From NCBI GenBank assembly GCA_964036045.1, contig OZ038378.1, positions 41,416,001-41,480,000 on the forward strand: a DNA stretch of 64,000 nucleotides, given 5' to 3'. Within the stretch, counting starts at the first letter, position 1, and every line of letters starts with the position of its first letter. Source of the stretch: Eutreptiella sp. 'Long Island Sound 2002'. Its lineage: Eukaryota; Protista; Euglenida. The translations under genes were made by a program, and so were the position numbers. Positions 1 through 15,003 of this stretch are shown piece by piece. The notes beneath the pieces were generated by a model. It saw nothing but the letters and a program-made list of their open reading frames with translations, was not told the DNA's origin and searched no databases.

Positions 1-249
1 TTCATTGTGGAAAGTGTACAGGGCACAAAGCGAAGGACGGGCAATCTCCTGTTAGTAATATATAAACCTGAACTAGGCGCACGGCTGTTTACCCGCTTGC
101 ATGTCGCCCTATTGCCGGGCTCTGTTCGTTACGCGTCACCGTAGGAGCAATTCGACATCTCCGGGTTGCTGATGATTCATGGTGCGTTGGTGTTGGTTCT
201 TGGTGGCTTGATGTTGATTGCTGGGGGCTTGCTATTAATTCTTGGTGGC

Positions 250-2560
250 TTGTCGCCTTACAACAAGGTTACGTAGGTGTAGGTGTTGGTTACGTAGGTG
301 CAGGAAGACCAGGCGCCAAGCACTACAGTGAATGAAACGGGCATGTGGTGTGCCCCTATGTGTGTGGTGCCACAACACACAGTGGACTTTTGTCCTTCTG
401 GGCGGGGGGGGGGGTTGCTAGCGGATGTTACCCCACAACCACTGTAGCCACGCCAAACACCGCCGTGCACGTAGAGGGAGCAATGTGACCCAATGGGTTC
501 CCGGCTGGGTGGTGTAGGGGTGCAGTGCCACGATCCACTTTTTGGCTGTGGTGGGGGCTGCTGTGCCCCCAAGAGATATGCTAGCGGGGGAGCCTGGGGT
601 CCAAATCGGTAGGGGGGGGGTAGTAGCCAATTTGGCCAGCCGATCCACCTCATTGTTGCGCATAATATCAGTGTGTTGTTGTGCATTGCGTGCGTCGGAC
701 AATTGGCGGTGGCCAGGCCTGTAAGCGACCTTCCTGTGTGTCTTCACTATCACACAGGTTGGGTCCTCCTAGGCGACGCCGCATGGGCTGCAAAGAGACC
801 CCTGGCATCGCTCCTATGGACTCTGGGAGGGCAACATAGGTCGGCATTGGTGCGGGGGACGGGTGGTCGTGGAGGGTACAGGACCAGCTCCGGGTGTGCC
901 CGCGTCGCAAGTTGCATGCTAGTAGCGTACTTTCGCTTGTGCGTCCAAATACGTTTGACACATTGCCATGCCCCCTTCCTTGGGCGGGGTCCCCGGCATG
1001 TCATGGTTCATGGTGGCTTCCACGCCCTTGGGTGCGCAGATGAATTCAGAAGTAAGGGTATCAATTTGGTGCAGGGTTTCGTCTGAGGGTAGGAGGACGA
1101 GGCCCTACAGCCTGCGCGGGAGGAGCACAAATCCATAACTAGTGATATTGTTTTTGCGGTGTTCAAGCAGGAGACAAACTCATTCCATGTGGGAGGTTTT
1201 TCGGACATATGTGGGCGCTCCTGGAAAGTGTCCTGCAGCATTGCTAAGGCGCCCTTGGGGTCCCACACGGGGTTCGCAGGGAGTTTGGAGAGAGCGCACT
1301 CAGGGTAAGGCGAGGGGGAGGAGCTTTCAAAAGGGCGGAGAAGCCAGGAGCTCAGCTTCCGGAAGAAATCCCCTGACGCCCTTACCGCTGAAGGTCTAAA
1401 GCTGCGCAATCGTTTGGTAACTTCTTTGTGCCCGAGCTTTTGCATGTAGTCACCATGTTGGCGGAGTGCGTCAACATTGCAAGGGTTAGCATTCAACTGT
1501 GACCGGAGGTGCAAAACAGCAGGGTCCTCTTTGGGTTTTTGCCGCGCCTCAACGTACTCCTAGATTTCATTTAAGGGGAGCTCCGAATTTCATTATATGG
1601 TTAGGTTTGTTGGCAAGTTGCGAAGCCAACGGGCGAAACGTGCACGAAATTTCTTTGTGTCCCGGCGGCCCTAGTGGCGGATAATGGGGGCCGCAGAGCC
1701 CGGCACATCCTAGGGGATGGCAATTTTGGTGTGCATTATGATTTCCGCATGGCCTATGGAGGGAAATTGCCGGAGGTAGTATGACACACGTGCGACAATA
1801 TGCTCGATGAGGTTTAGGACTAGGAATGCATGGAATTTCTTCCCTCCCGAGGTGTAGGAAGGGCCCGTGGGCAGGGGGAACACACAACAAAGTGGGTCTA
1901 AGAGGGTTGAGCCATGAAGCCTGGCCTGCCACACGCCCCGGCAGAGCGGGGCTGAGTGCCAGATAGCATTGCGTCCTTGGAGTCCCCCCCAACAATGGCA
2001 AGGAGGGGCAGGGTGCTGACGCATTCATCGAAGGACATCCTTTTTGCAATAGTAAACGGTCCATGTTGGTTCACCACCAAAAACCCCGGGACGCCCGGAA
2101 GATTGACACACGGCGCAATGCCATATTCGTGGTGTGTTGTGTGCAAGGTGCAATGCCGTCGTATGTGCTCGTGCACGAGATAGATCATATCACGGGAGAC
2201 ATCACCGTAAAACAATGGTAGATACTCAGGGCGGGCTTGTGTTGTAGAAGCCACGTGTGATGTGCCTGTACAACAGCAAACCTCTTGGGGCCAGAGTACC
2301 ATGGGCTCTGATGCTACTATTTCTTGGAGCAGCTTGCCCCATCGCTTCCTATTCAACTTTGGTCCTCCCATATTTAGGGGGAGGAGGTGCATAGGATAGG
2401 CTGCAGGGCCTAGATTGGTCTCCGTGTCGTTGGAGAGCGTGAGTAGGTAAGATGCAAGGATGTACGTGTCCCTATGGAGGCAGCTGTCTGGCGACCTCGG
2501 AGGTCGGGGGTGGGGGCACATCATTGGAGAGTAAAATCAGGCGGGAAGAAAGGTCCCACT
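250..2560 (-). mobile_element. Decayed LINE-type non-LTR retrotransposon (APE endonuclease to start of RT, internally deleted)
   Basis: ORF 1898..2524(-) has APE-like LNMGGP...PQE and IVGGDSKD (GDFN-like). ORF 1567..2064 has SLHRP (SDH-like). ORF 1008..1514 has KPPTWNEFVSCL, like the pre-RT motif of the LINE at ~14165. Frames are broken and boundaries are approximate. Confidence 0.65.
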
Positions 2561-2645
2561 CCAATGCTGGAAACAGCTGTGCGTCAACTAGCTCTTTGGC
2601 AGGACTATCCTCTCCCGAGGATTGGTTGTTGTGGTCCTGGTGCTG

Positions 2646-2808
2646 GCTGTAGCGGCCCCAGAGGAGCAAGAGTATTTGCATACTCAGCGGCATGTGCGAA
2701 AAGTGCCAAAGGGAGGCTGGGGGGGGGCTGTTGCGGCCCCAGAGGAGCAAGGATATTTGCATACTCAGCGGCATGTGCGAAATGTGCCAAAGGGAGGCCG
2801 GGGGGGGG
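2646..2808. repeat. Tandem duplication, ~81-bp unit x2
   Basis: gctgtagcggccccagaggagcaagagtatttgcatactcagcggcatgtgcgaaaagtgccaaagggaggc begins at 2646 and recurs near-identically from 2727. It translates as repeated LFAHAAEYAN(T/I)LAPLGP on the minus strand. Confidence 0.85.
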
Positions 2809-2940
2809 CGGTGTGGTGCATCTGTTGTCTCCGCCGTTCGCAGCGAGACCGGCGGGGCCTCTTGCCACATAATCGCCATGTGCACCTGTAGTTGACGTGC
2901 CAAAGAGAGGGTGAGTGCGTGTAGCATCCATACCCTTGAG

Positions 2941-3530
2941 CACGGGTGGGCCGTCTCCTCGGTTTGGGTACGCGACCCCCCCCCCCCCCCCCGGGCCCTC
3001 TGGGCCCACTTAGTTACCAAGGGTCAATGGCTACCGGCCATACATATGGTGGCGCCGAAGGCGCCCGAAAATTTTTTTCATTTCCCCTGCCAACATAGCA
3101 TCCCTCCCTGCCCAGGTGGTGGAGCACCCCAACGCTATGCTTGAACCCAACCTTGACTCTAACACCCACCCCAACCCTCAGCCTGCTCCTAACCCTACAC
3201 CTAACCCTACCCATGACCCTAACCCTAACCCTAACCCTAACCCTAACCCTACCCCTAACCCTAGCCCTAGCTCTCACCCATGAGGGAGGGCAAGGGGAGG
3301 TAACGGGAGCCTATGCCCCCCCCCACTACCCCAAATTGCCCCACCTGGACCCCCCCCCCAACCGACCCTCCCGACCCCCCCCCCCCCATCGCCCCTCCCT
3401 GAACCCCCCCCCCATCGCCCCTCCCTGAACCCGCCCCTCCAATGCCCCCCCCCCCCCCCCCAGGGGCCTTCGGCCCACTTCTACTGGGGGGCGGAGTCGC
3501 GTCTAAAAGCGAGGGGACGGCCCACCCGTG
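2941..3530. mobile_element. hAT-type non-autonomous element (MITE), 590 bp
   Basis: TIR CACGGGTGGGCCGTCTCCTC (2941-2960) matches the reverse complement of 3511-3530 at 19/20. Perfect 8-bp TSD CCCTTGAG at 2933-2940 and 3531-3538. Confidence 0.85.
3187..3270 (+). repeat. Interstitial telomere-like (CCCTAA)n tract inside the MITE
   Basis: Five perfect CCCTAA units at 3217-3246, flanked by degenerate CCCTAC/CCCTAG units. Confidence 0.85.
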
Positions 3531-3699
3531 CCCTTGAGGGGAAGCGGCTGCATGTCGTGCACGCCGTGTGGAGGCACCGCACTTGAGTGCTTGTTACTAG
3601 GAGTGTCGTCCCCGCCCATATGTGTGGCGCCAATAGGCGGCAGGTTTCCATTGGGGGCTTAGGGCTGGGAGGAGGGGTAGATGTCTGCTGTTGGAGGGA

Positions 3700-6600
3700 G
3701 GTGTGGCCACGTCCCCCGAGGGCTGATGCCCGTGGCCCTGTGCGCGAGCGCCAGTCTGATCTCTGGGAGTGGGGGCCGTGTATTGGAGCGTAGCCCTAAG
3801 TGGGGGTTAGGGGGTTTGCTCAATATCTTGTCGGGGTGCTAGGGTCTCGCCGTCTCGTCCTTGGTGGGAGCGCCTGGCTGTGTCTTGGAGGTCATCTGAT
3901 TCGTGGCGGTGGCTGACCGTCTGGGGATATTTTCCTGTCAAGGGTGGGGGGCCCACTCGGCCAGCGCCTCGCACTATGGTATCACCACTATCTTTGCCTC
4001 GCCAGTGGCTGTTCGATGGTCCCTCCCATGGGGCATCTCGCTCCGAGCGCTGGCCGCTTGGGCGGGTCGGTGGTGTGGAGCTCCGGGGGGAAATGTGGGG
4101 TGTTGGTAGGGAAGGGTGTTGCCACTCCGGGTGGCGAGTCATTCTTCCTGCTGAGCAAGCTTTGGATTGTTGGCGTTTGGTCTTCGTGCTGCAGGGCTGC
4201 CTCTCCTTCATACCGGCTCGCAAGTTCGAAGCGCCCCCAATCCATGGCATCATCTTTTGGCGGGGGTATTGTAGGAATTATTCCGTGATAGTTGTCATTT
4301 CCATACCAATGTAGATGCTCTAATATCGGACCTCACCCAATGAGGAGTCTATGGTGACCGTGGTTGCAGCCGCCGCACACACCGCATGGCCGTACGTGAC
4401 AACACCTGAATTTCTCCCAAACAATGTGTTCCTTTAATCTGCCGTGAGTGCAGTAAAAGGTCCAGAGAGGGTGGCATATTGTCTCACTACGTTTTCCACA
4501 CACCAAAGGGTGCTGCGATTCTTACCAATCCTTCTTGTAGAGCTGGCAGCTGGCTATGCTCCGCCTCACTTCCCATCTCAGAGTCACACCACGAGGCAAA
4601 TCCTACGTGCGATCAGTCACCAAACGCTTGAACACGAAGCGATCGTCTTACCACCGGCATGTGGACACTTGCGTCAGCTGGTCTTCCCCGTGTAGGGTCA
4701 GCTGGTCTTCCTCGTGTAGGGCTACTAGGCGCTAGTAGCGCAAATGGGGCACGCGCCCTGGGAAGATGTGCTCTGTGTGAGGTCCTCTGGGGAGGTCAAC
4801 ATCATGACTGATTTCCTCATCCAAGCTCGCTGTGAACTCATAGGACAAGTCCTCGATCGATGAGATGCTTGTTGTATTCCCTCCGCCTTTTCCTGGTTTT
4901 CCCTGTAATAAGATGAAAATGCTGGTACAGTTGCACAAGTCAATCCATCGTACTCCCACGTCTTCGGATTTCAAAGAGCTCTCAAGTCTATCAGCAAGTT
5001 CTTCTGGCACCGTATATTCCCACAAGTGGGAGTGGGCATCCGGTTTGGGCTAACGTTGGGTGCCCCTCCAAGGAAAAATGTTGTGATTCCGTGCCTCGGT
5101 GGTTGCGAATTTTGTGGAGGAATGTACCAACCTATAAACAACGGGTTGGTGACAATAGTTGCCGGAGAGAGGATGCTGTAGATCTTGGGTTGTGTCTCCA
5201 GCCCTGGGTTGCGGATCTGTGAGTGGTGTAGGCGTCGACTGGGTATGTCTTGGAGGACAACCAATTCGGCCCCTCGTGATAGCACGATTGCTAAAGGTGT
5301 ACCCGTCCACGGCGACAACGTGGCAAAGCTCACGTCTGGCGATGGTGATACGGTGCCCTGGTAAATTCTGCCTGTCTATCGATGATGACTGTTTTCATGG
5401 GCTTTCGGACTAGTCGAATCGTTGCTCTCCCGTCAAATTGGTAAGTTACCAACGGGGCGTGCAGGGGGCTTTGGCGGGTCTCCACAATACTATAGATAAA
5501 GCTCGGGGGAAGGCGTTCCTCGGAAGCGAAAACATCCATAGCTTCCGTTTTTCACTGGAGTGTCGTGGCTTGGTTGCTTGCGAAATGCATCTTTTCCCCC
5601 TCCGGGTCAAAAGAGTGATTTTTTGGTACTCTTCAGGTGGGTATGCACCATATAGCCGTGGCGCCCAGCTCTAGTTCGCTGCTGGACTATGCTGCTAGGG
5701 GTTGGAACTACGTTGGAAAAGACCCGTCCCGCCTGTGCCATGACGTTATGGTAAACGACAGCTCGTCATGCCATGGCCAGACATTACACATGTTGTGGAG
5801 CAATTCCTTTCCCGGCATGGTTGCCTTGGTGTCATGATGGAATTGGTCGTGGTACAGGTATCCCCGCCCGTGCTCATTTGGTACCCAGCGGTGTAGTGTA
5901 GAGTGTCCCAATGAAAAATGGTATTGGGCTTCAGCCAGCTCTGCGGGGACGTCTTCGGGGGGGGGGGGGGGTGCCCAAGCCAGACCCCGAGGTTGTGAGC
6001 TTGTTGTATAGCGCCTTGATTGGGGTGAGCATGTTTTGCATTAATTGTGTGTTGTCTTACATTTTGTTTTGATTGTACTACTTCCTCGCAAGAGGATGCC
6101 GATGGAAGCGGGGGGGGGACTTGTTCCTCATACCCATCCCTTGGCGTGCACATGAGACCATGTGAGATTTGCCACTTGTTGCGACATCGTCCTGGGCCAT
6201 CATGTGCGGGTTGGGAAAGAATTGTGCAGTGTAGTGGGCCATCTCGCTTGGCGCGGTGGCCAGGCGGTTCCGTGGGGGGTTTTGCGATTGGGTCATCTCA
6301 CTCAGCGTGGTGGCATTTCCGGGAGAGTTCTCATTCGGGGGGGTTTCTAGTTTCCGTTCCGTGGGCTTGCTGTCCGGGAGTCCGTGTTGGGCTCCCTTGG
6401 TGCGGGCCATCGCACTTAGCGTGGTGGCCGTGGGCGTTATGGGCTCAAGGGGGGGGGGTGTCTCCTTGGTCCCTCTCCTAGATCTGCTGGACTTGTGGAC
6501 ATTCCGTCCAAGCTTGCATCCGACTCAACATTGGCGGTCCCCGACGTGAAAGTCATCAACCGGCAGCGGCGTAGAACTTGGTTTGTCGCCCTGTGTATGA

Positions 6601-7450
6601 TGGATGGGGCGGTCGACAACCACCGCTGGACAACTGCATACCCGTTTGCTCACATCGGCGATTCGTTTGGTGCAGCAATACGTGCTAAGATACCTGCGGT
6701 GGCATCTAGGAGGGTCCAGCGCTCATGGCTTGTGCATACTCTACAGGGCTGTGACGAACGCGGATAGCCAGTCGGCCTCTCCCTACTGTTGGGTCTCGAT
6801 CTGTCCTTCCAATTCTTCGAAGTATGGTAGGTCTGCCGCAGGGTGGAAACTTACAAACAGCCAGGTGACTCGGTTGTGGTGCGGATACAAGGCGTCGGGG
6901 TATCGCTGGATAGGGTGCACCACGAATTGTCGTTCGCGGCGGTAGTGGTGGGTTGATTGCTGTCCGCGCCGCCGCCATGGTTGATGGGTGGTTCATAGTG
7001 CGCTGCATTGTATTGTGCAGGGTAGTAGTTCATTGGCTTCCCGGTCACTGCGTCGTGGGCATGCCCAGCTGCACCTTCATCCCAGCCAACGTATTCTCGC
7101 TCCTACTCCTCGTGATCGTACCAGCCCATGGTGGCCTTGTCCATGGTCATGACGATAGCGTCGGTGTCCTTGTGCAAGTTCCCAGCAGGATCTTTTGCGC
7201 GGGTGCTGCTGCAAGGGTGAGAGGCATGCACCGCTGCACCGTGTCTCCGTGGGTAGCGGCCGAGCTGCTAGCCCATCGGTTGATCATGGGCTTGTTTTGC
7301 TGCATCTTCAACCCATTCTTTGTACCCTTGCTCCTTCTGCTCCTCTTCTTTGTACCATCCCATGTTCGCCGAGCGTCGGATCATGGCGGTAGGTCCGGGT
7401 CGTCCTTGCGCGCTTCGGATTGGCTGCTGGCTGCGGTAGTATCCGTGGTG
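3700..7450 (-). mobile_element. Probable highly decayed Ty3/Gypsy-like LTR retrotransposon internal region (gag?-RT-RNase H-integrase)
   Basis: Minus-strand fragments lie in Gypsy order. RT domain 6/7-like QIRNPGLETQPK...LFIGWYIP (~5050-5230); RNase H-like FILLQGKPGKGGG (~4880-4930); integrase-like HVRPCGVC (~4370-4400) and IPTIPPPKDDAMDW (~4235-4280). No LTRs found, many stops. Confidence 0.5.
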
Positions 7451-7619
7451 CTGGGCATGGGGGCTGTTGTGACGTGGCTTGGCACAATGTGCGGGGTGGA
7501 ATTTTCAAGTTGAAGGCCAACACCCGCTCCGCCTCTTGCGTACCCCTCCCGGGGGCTGTCGGGCCTTGAGGAAGAAGATATCCAAAAAAAAGACGGGAAG
7601 AGATAGAGACCTAATATCT

Positions 7620-8290
7620 TATTATGGGAGAATTATGGGGAATTATGGGGAATTATGGGGGAGTAGGGGGGGGGGATTGTGGAACTATGGGGAATTACTC
7701 CCTATAATTCCCCATACTTCCCCGAAATTCTCCATAATTCCCCCATTTATCTCCACAATTCTACCAAAATTCCTCATAATTCCACCATAACTTTTCATAG
7801 CTCCCCATAATTCCCCAAAATTCCACCGTAATTCCTCATAATTGCCGTTTGTTCACAATACTTCCCCGTACTTCCCCCATTATTCCCCCTATTTCCTCCA
7901 CAACTCTGGATGAATCCCCCATAATTCTCCCATAATTCCCCATAGTCCCACCATAAATCCCCAAAATTGCACCATAATTCCTCAGGATCCCACCGTACTT
8001 CCCCACATTTGCTCAGAATTCCGCCATACTTCCCAAAATTCCCCATCATTCCCCATAATTCCACCACAGTTCCCCATAATTCCACCATAATTCCCCATAC
8101 TTCCCCATAATTCCGGATTTATGGGGAACGATGGGGAAACATGGCGAATTGTGTTGGAACTATGGGGAATAATGTTGGGGAAGTGGCGATTGATGTTGGA
8201 ATATTGGGTGGTTTGGCGGAATTATGGGCCAGTTTGGGGAATAATGGGGGATTTATGGGGAATTATGGTGGAATTATGGGAGATTATGGG
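7620..8290. repeat. Degenerate GGGGAATTAT/ATAATTCCCC-type satellite, block 1, with two orientation switches
   Basis: G-rich ~7620-7700, C-rich ~7700-8110, G-rich ~8120-8290. The repeat unit is ~10-11 bp. Confidence 0.9.
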
Positions 8291-9120
8291 AAGGGTGCGC
8301 AGACCTCTGTGCCTGATCGTGGAGGCAAACAAAAGCATGTCTCCACAATCACACACAACGGTCCGCCGGACCAAACCATCGTGTTCCCCAAAGTGACTCC
8401 CCACATGCATATCAACATGATACTTATCTGAAAGGATAAGAATCATGCGAAGATGCCTAGGGACGTCACCGCGGCGGGGAAGCGTACCTAGCAACCGATC
8501 TACATCAGTGTGCGAAGATTGCTTCCCCGCATCTTCCCGGGTCTCGGACGTGTTCCCCACCTCCCGGACCGCCAGGGCTAACCATGCGGTAGAGTCGCAG
8601 GCATCGTGGGCCACTGAGCTGAGGAGAGCTCAACGGACCTCTTGCACGTCTCGCGTACCAACAGCGTGGCTAGCTTCCTTGGGCGGGTACCCCAACGGCG
8701 AGGCAGCTTGGGATCGGCCCAACAAGTTTCTCGAGAGTGCTCGTTGGAGAGCAGGTCCCGAACGGCATCCCGTTGGGCGGGGGCCTGCTCCAAGGAGGCC
8801 GTCACAATGGTATACCATTGCGAGGCCTCCCTACGAGACAGGACGCCCTTGCAAACCCTGAAGCCCCCCCCTCTCCGCGAGTCATCTGAGTCCACGGCTG
8901 GATTCGGCAACTTGTGTGAGGAAACGGGAGGCAACAGGGAAATGTCGGGCGAGAGAGTGCTACATCCCTGGAGAAAGTGTTTCTCCGAGCAGGTAAACAA
9001 GGCTGGGTAGGTATAGTCGGGAACGTGCAAACACCACTCCCGAGTGACGTTGCACCTTCGCAATGTCTCCCACCAGTCACCATCTACCACCCCTGCTGTA
9101 TGGGGCAAGGCTTGCAGCAC
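8291..9120 (-). pseudogene. PhyH-like 2-oxoglutarate/Fe(II) dioxygenase relic (frameshifted, C-terminus cut by satellite)
   Basis: ORF 8578..9120 contains GFRVCKGVLSRREA (PhyH N-terminal GY.V...LS.EE-like, ~8820-8865). ORF 8222..8614 contains QSSHTD (HxD, 8504-8512), MHVGSH (PGSH-like) and GDMLLFASTIRHRG (distal His 8309-8311). One frameshift lies near 8600-8640. Confidence 0.55.
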
Positions 9121-10004
9121 ACCCCTCTTGCGGTCACCTCAATGACACCGAGATGGGCCGTATGACCATACTAAAAATCACCAGTGTCGATGACGTCCAG
9201 CGCACATTGGCGGGCCTCCTAGTCAAGCTTTCTGGAGGCTTGTTGGAGGAGGCCGTCCACCACATCCTCCGAAAAGCGGAACCGAATCGCCCGGAGGTTC
9301 CGGTGGACCGGACACAAGAGCCACTTAGCTTCGTGCATCCGCTTTCCCCCATTAAGGTCTTGTCGAAGACCGTAATGTGGATAATGTCCGGGGGGGGGGG
9401 GGGTCAGATCCAATGTTCCAAAGGAATGAGGTCCCATGAAATCCTCCCTGTGTACCATGCCTTGCTAAGAGTACATGGGACACGGGGACGATTCAGGAAC
9501 GCCTCGAACGCCTTTGAAACGTTGGAGTCAGCGACACCCGCAAGAGACATGATAGACAAAAAGGGCCTAATGAGAAGAAGGAGGATATGAATGTGGCGTA
9601 GGAGGGTGAATATATGGGGAGGGGGGAGGGTTGGGAAAACGATAGTGCTCAAACCTTGTGCATTATGTATGCAATTCGCCTTCAGTGAGCTTTCAGTGGC
9701 CTTGTAGTGAACCTGAATTAGCTTTTAGTGAGCTTGCAGCGACCTTGTAGTGAGCCTTCGTTGATGATGGCGAAGTGAAGATGAAGTGACCAATTCGCCT
9801 TTTTCTGAAAAAGTACGCTGGCGATACAACCTTCACCAAACATCAATGATAACCACGTCCAAACACTAAAAAATCATTATCTCGCATGCAACACGCACAA
9901 GAGATATGCACAAAGACAATGCAATCCATCACTTCGCCTTTAGTGAGCTTCCAGTGCAAACTTACTTTACAAGTCCAGATCTCCATCAGTGAACCGTAGG
10001 TACA

Positions 10005-11820
10005 TATGGGGAACGATAGGGAAACATGGGGAATTATGGTGGAACTATGGGGAAGTATGGTGCAGATATGGGGATTTCAGGTGCAATATTGGGTAGTTTG
10101 GCGGAAGTATGGGGAAGTATGGCGGTTTATGGGGGATTTACGGGGAGTTATGATGGAATTATCCGGTATTATGTGGGAATCATGGGAAATATGGGGAACT
10201 ATGGTGGAACTATGGGGAACTTTGGTGGAATTCTGGGTAATTATGGCAGAAATTTCACAAATATTCGGCAATAATGGGGAAGTAAGGGCAATAATGGGGG
10301 GTTTATGCGGAAGTATGGTGGAATTATCCCCCATAATTCCCCCATACTTCCCCAATATTCCTCATACTTCCCCACAATTCCCCGTTATTCCCCGTGAATC
10401 CCCATGATTCCACCAAAGTTCCTCATAGTTCCACCATCATTCCCCATGCTTCCCCAAGATACCCCTAAATTCCACCACAACTCCCATTAAGTCCCCGCTA
10501 TTGCCCATAATTCCCCAGAATTCCACCATAATTCCCTATAATTCCAACATAATTACCCATACTTCCCCATAATTCGCCATAATTCCACCATAATTCCCTA
10601 CAATTCCCCATGGTTTCATCATAATTCCCCCTTATTCCCCCATTATTCCCTATGCTTCCCCATAATGCCCCACAATTCCGCCATAAATACCCATAATTCC
10701 TCATAATTCCACAATAATTATCCATACTTCCCCATGACCCCCAATAATTGCACCGTAATTCCCCATTATTCCCCATACTTCCCCATATTTCCCCCATAAT
10801 CCCCGGTACTTCCACCATAATTCCCCATAAATCCCCCACAATTTCCCATACTTCTCCATAATTCCCCATACTACCCAATATTCCACCATCAATCCCCATA
10901 TCTCCAGCATAATTCGCCATAATTCCACCCCATTTCGCCATACTGCCCCATAATGCCATAAAGGGAATCATTGTGTAATTATGGGGAATTATGGTGGAAG
11001 CATGCAGAATAATGGGCAACTATGTGAAATTATTAGGAAATGTGGCGAATTATGGTGGATTTATTATGGGGAATTTTAGTGGAATCATACATACTTATGG
11101 GAAATTGTGGTGGAGCAATAGGGAATTATGGGAAAGTTTGCGGAATTCTGGTGGAATTATGGGGAAGTTTGGTGGAATTATGGGCAATTATGGGAGAATT
11201 ATGAGGAAATATGGACAATAATGGGGGGACAATAGTAGGGGGAATAATGGCGTATTTCTGGGGAATTATGGGGAATTATGGTGGCACTATGACGAAGTAT
11301 GGGGAATGATGTTGGAAGTATGGGGAATTTTGGTGGAAGTATGGGAATTTATGGTTTCAATCATGGGGAATCATGGGGAAGCATGGTGGGACTATGAGGA
11401 ATTTTGGTGGAATTATGGGGAATGATCGGGGTATTTCGTGGAATTATGGGGGACTTATCGGGGGGTATGGGGAAAAATGGGGAATTACGGGGAATCATGG
11501 TGGAATTACGGGGAACTTTGGTGGAGTCGTGGGGAATTGTGGAGAATTGTTGTGGAACAATAGGGTATTATGAAGAAGTTTGGGGAATCATGGTGGAATT
11601 CTAGGGACTTATCGTGGAATTATGGGGAATCATGGGGAACCAGGGGAAATAATGGGGGATTTATGGGGAATTATGGGGGCATTATGAGAAAGCACAAGTA
11701 TGGTGGAACTATGGGCAACAACGAGCAAGTATGGGGATTGATGGTGGAATTTTGGGTAATGTGGGGGAATTATGGGGAAGTATGGGGCTTTGTCGGTGAT
11801 TTATGGAAAATTATGGTGCA
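10005..11820. repeat. GGGGAATTAT-type satellite, block 2, with two orientation switches
   Basis: G-rich ~10005-10325, C-rich ~10330-10955, G-rich ~10975-11820. A higher-order unit (atggggaacgat...tattgggt.gtttggcggaa) is shared with 8120-8230. Confidence 0.9.
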
Positions 11821-12499
11821 ATGATTTTTTGATCAAATGGGCCAAGTTCTAGAAGTCCCGGGCCCCTAGGGGCAGATCGAAATATGGACGGATATGCAGC
11901 TACTCTTGGCCAATACGTGGGTAGCATATCCCCTACCGTAGACGAATGCTAGCTGGGAAGCAGCCAGGGGCTAACATAATGATCGCTGGGGTCATAAAAG
12001 AGATCAACACAGAAAAGCAACTCCTCGCGGAGCCAACATCCATTGAGGTCGATGCATGGGATGCGAGCCTAGCATCTGACCTGGACGGCCTCGAAGCGGT
12101 CGATGGCACCCTGGCTGCGAGACGGACGCTACCCGACGGTGAAACATCATCGTCCCCACACGTGACCCGGTGACCTGAGTCACCAGCACCAAGCGGCAAC
12201 AATACGACAAACGACGGACCATACCAACCACACAACACCGACACATGTACACCCCGCAAATCTAAAACAAAGGACACGAGCACACACCACAAAAATCGCC
12301 GGGAAAGGTATCCTCGCCGGCCAAGAAGAAAAATCTTAAACCAAAGTCCCCAGACCGGTCACACAAGGCCCCCGCCAACAAACCACTAGCTTTCGTGGTT
12401 GGGCACCAAAAGGGGAAAGACCGTAGGATAGACGGGAAACCAACAAACTCCCGGGGAAAGGGAAAGAGGTAGGTCTTCTCGCCCTTCTTGCCTTGGCGA

Positions 12500-14392
<1,893 letters not shown>

Positions 14393-15003
14393 TGGCATAA
14401 CGCGGCAACGGCCACACCCCCCCCCCCAGGGCCCCAACGGCCGGGGTTGGGTTGGGGTTAGGGACCCCCCCCCTATTTTTGGGTCGGGAAACGCAAAAAA
14501 ATAGGTTTTACGGTGATTGGAGACAGTGGTGGGTCGCTATGACCCTTCAAAGTTGCTAAAAATAGGTATTTCCTACTGAGTGACATCATCACCAAAAACA
14601 CCCTCAAAATCCAAAAATAGCGCCTTCTGCGTCACAAAACCCACCTACATCCCACACCATTGCCGACAATGCCTTCCACTAGATGCATTCCTCACCCTTT
14701 TGCCCTACTAGGGGCCAAGGAAGGGGCACCTTAACCCCACCGTACCATTTTTTGAGCCAACGTTGAATATTTTGCTATTTTGAGGTCTCTGGTTAAGACC
14801 CTATTTTTGGTGATGTCATACCCTATTTTTAGCCCTACCCACACCTTTGTATGCCCAAATGCTCCACCATAACCATCCAAAAACCTTCTCAAAGGTGCTT
14901 ATTTGTGTTCCCCACCCTGAAAATAGGGGGTGTGGCCCTTACGTGCCCTCCAATCCTCCCCAAGTCACAGGGGTGGGGGGTGTGGCCGTTGCCGCGTTAT
15001 GCC

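Noticed and set aside
3187-3270. Chromosome end (true telomere)
   Set aside because: Short, degenerate and enclosed by a TIR/TSD-defined element.
9120-9600. Ulp1-like protease upstream of the dioxygenase relic
   Set aside because: Only a weak HW.FLV string amid stops; no catalytic Asp or Cys motif supportable.
7620-11820. Many ORFs rich in WGIM/GNYG
   Set aside because: Stop-poor translations of the GGGGAATTAT satellite.
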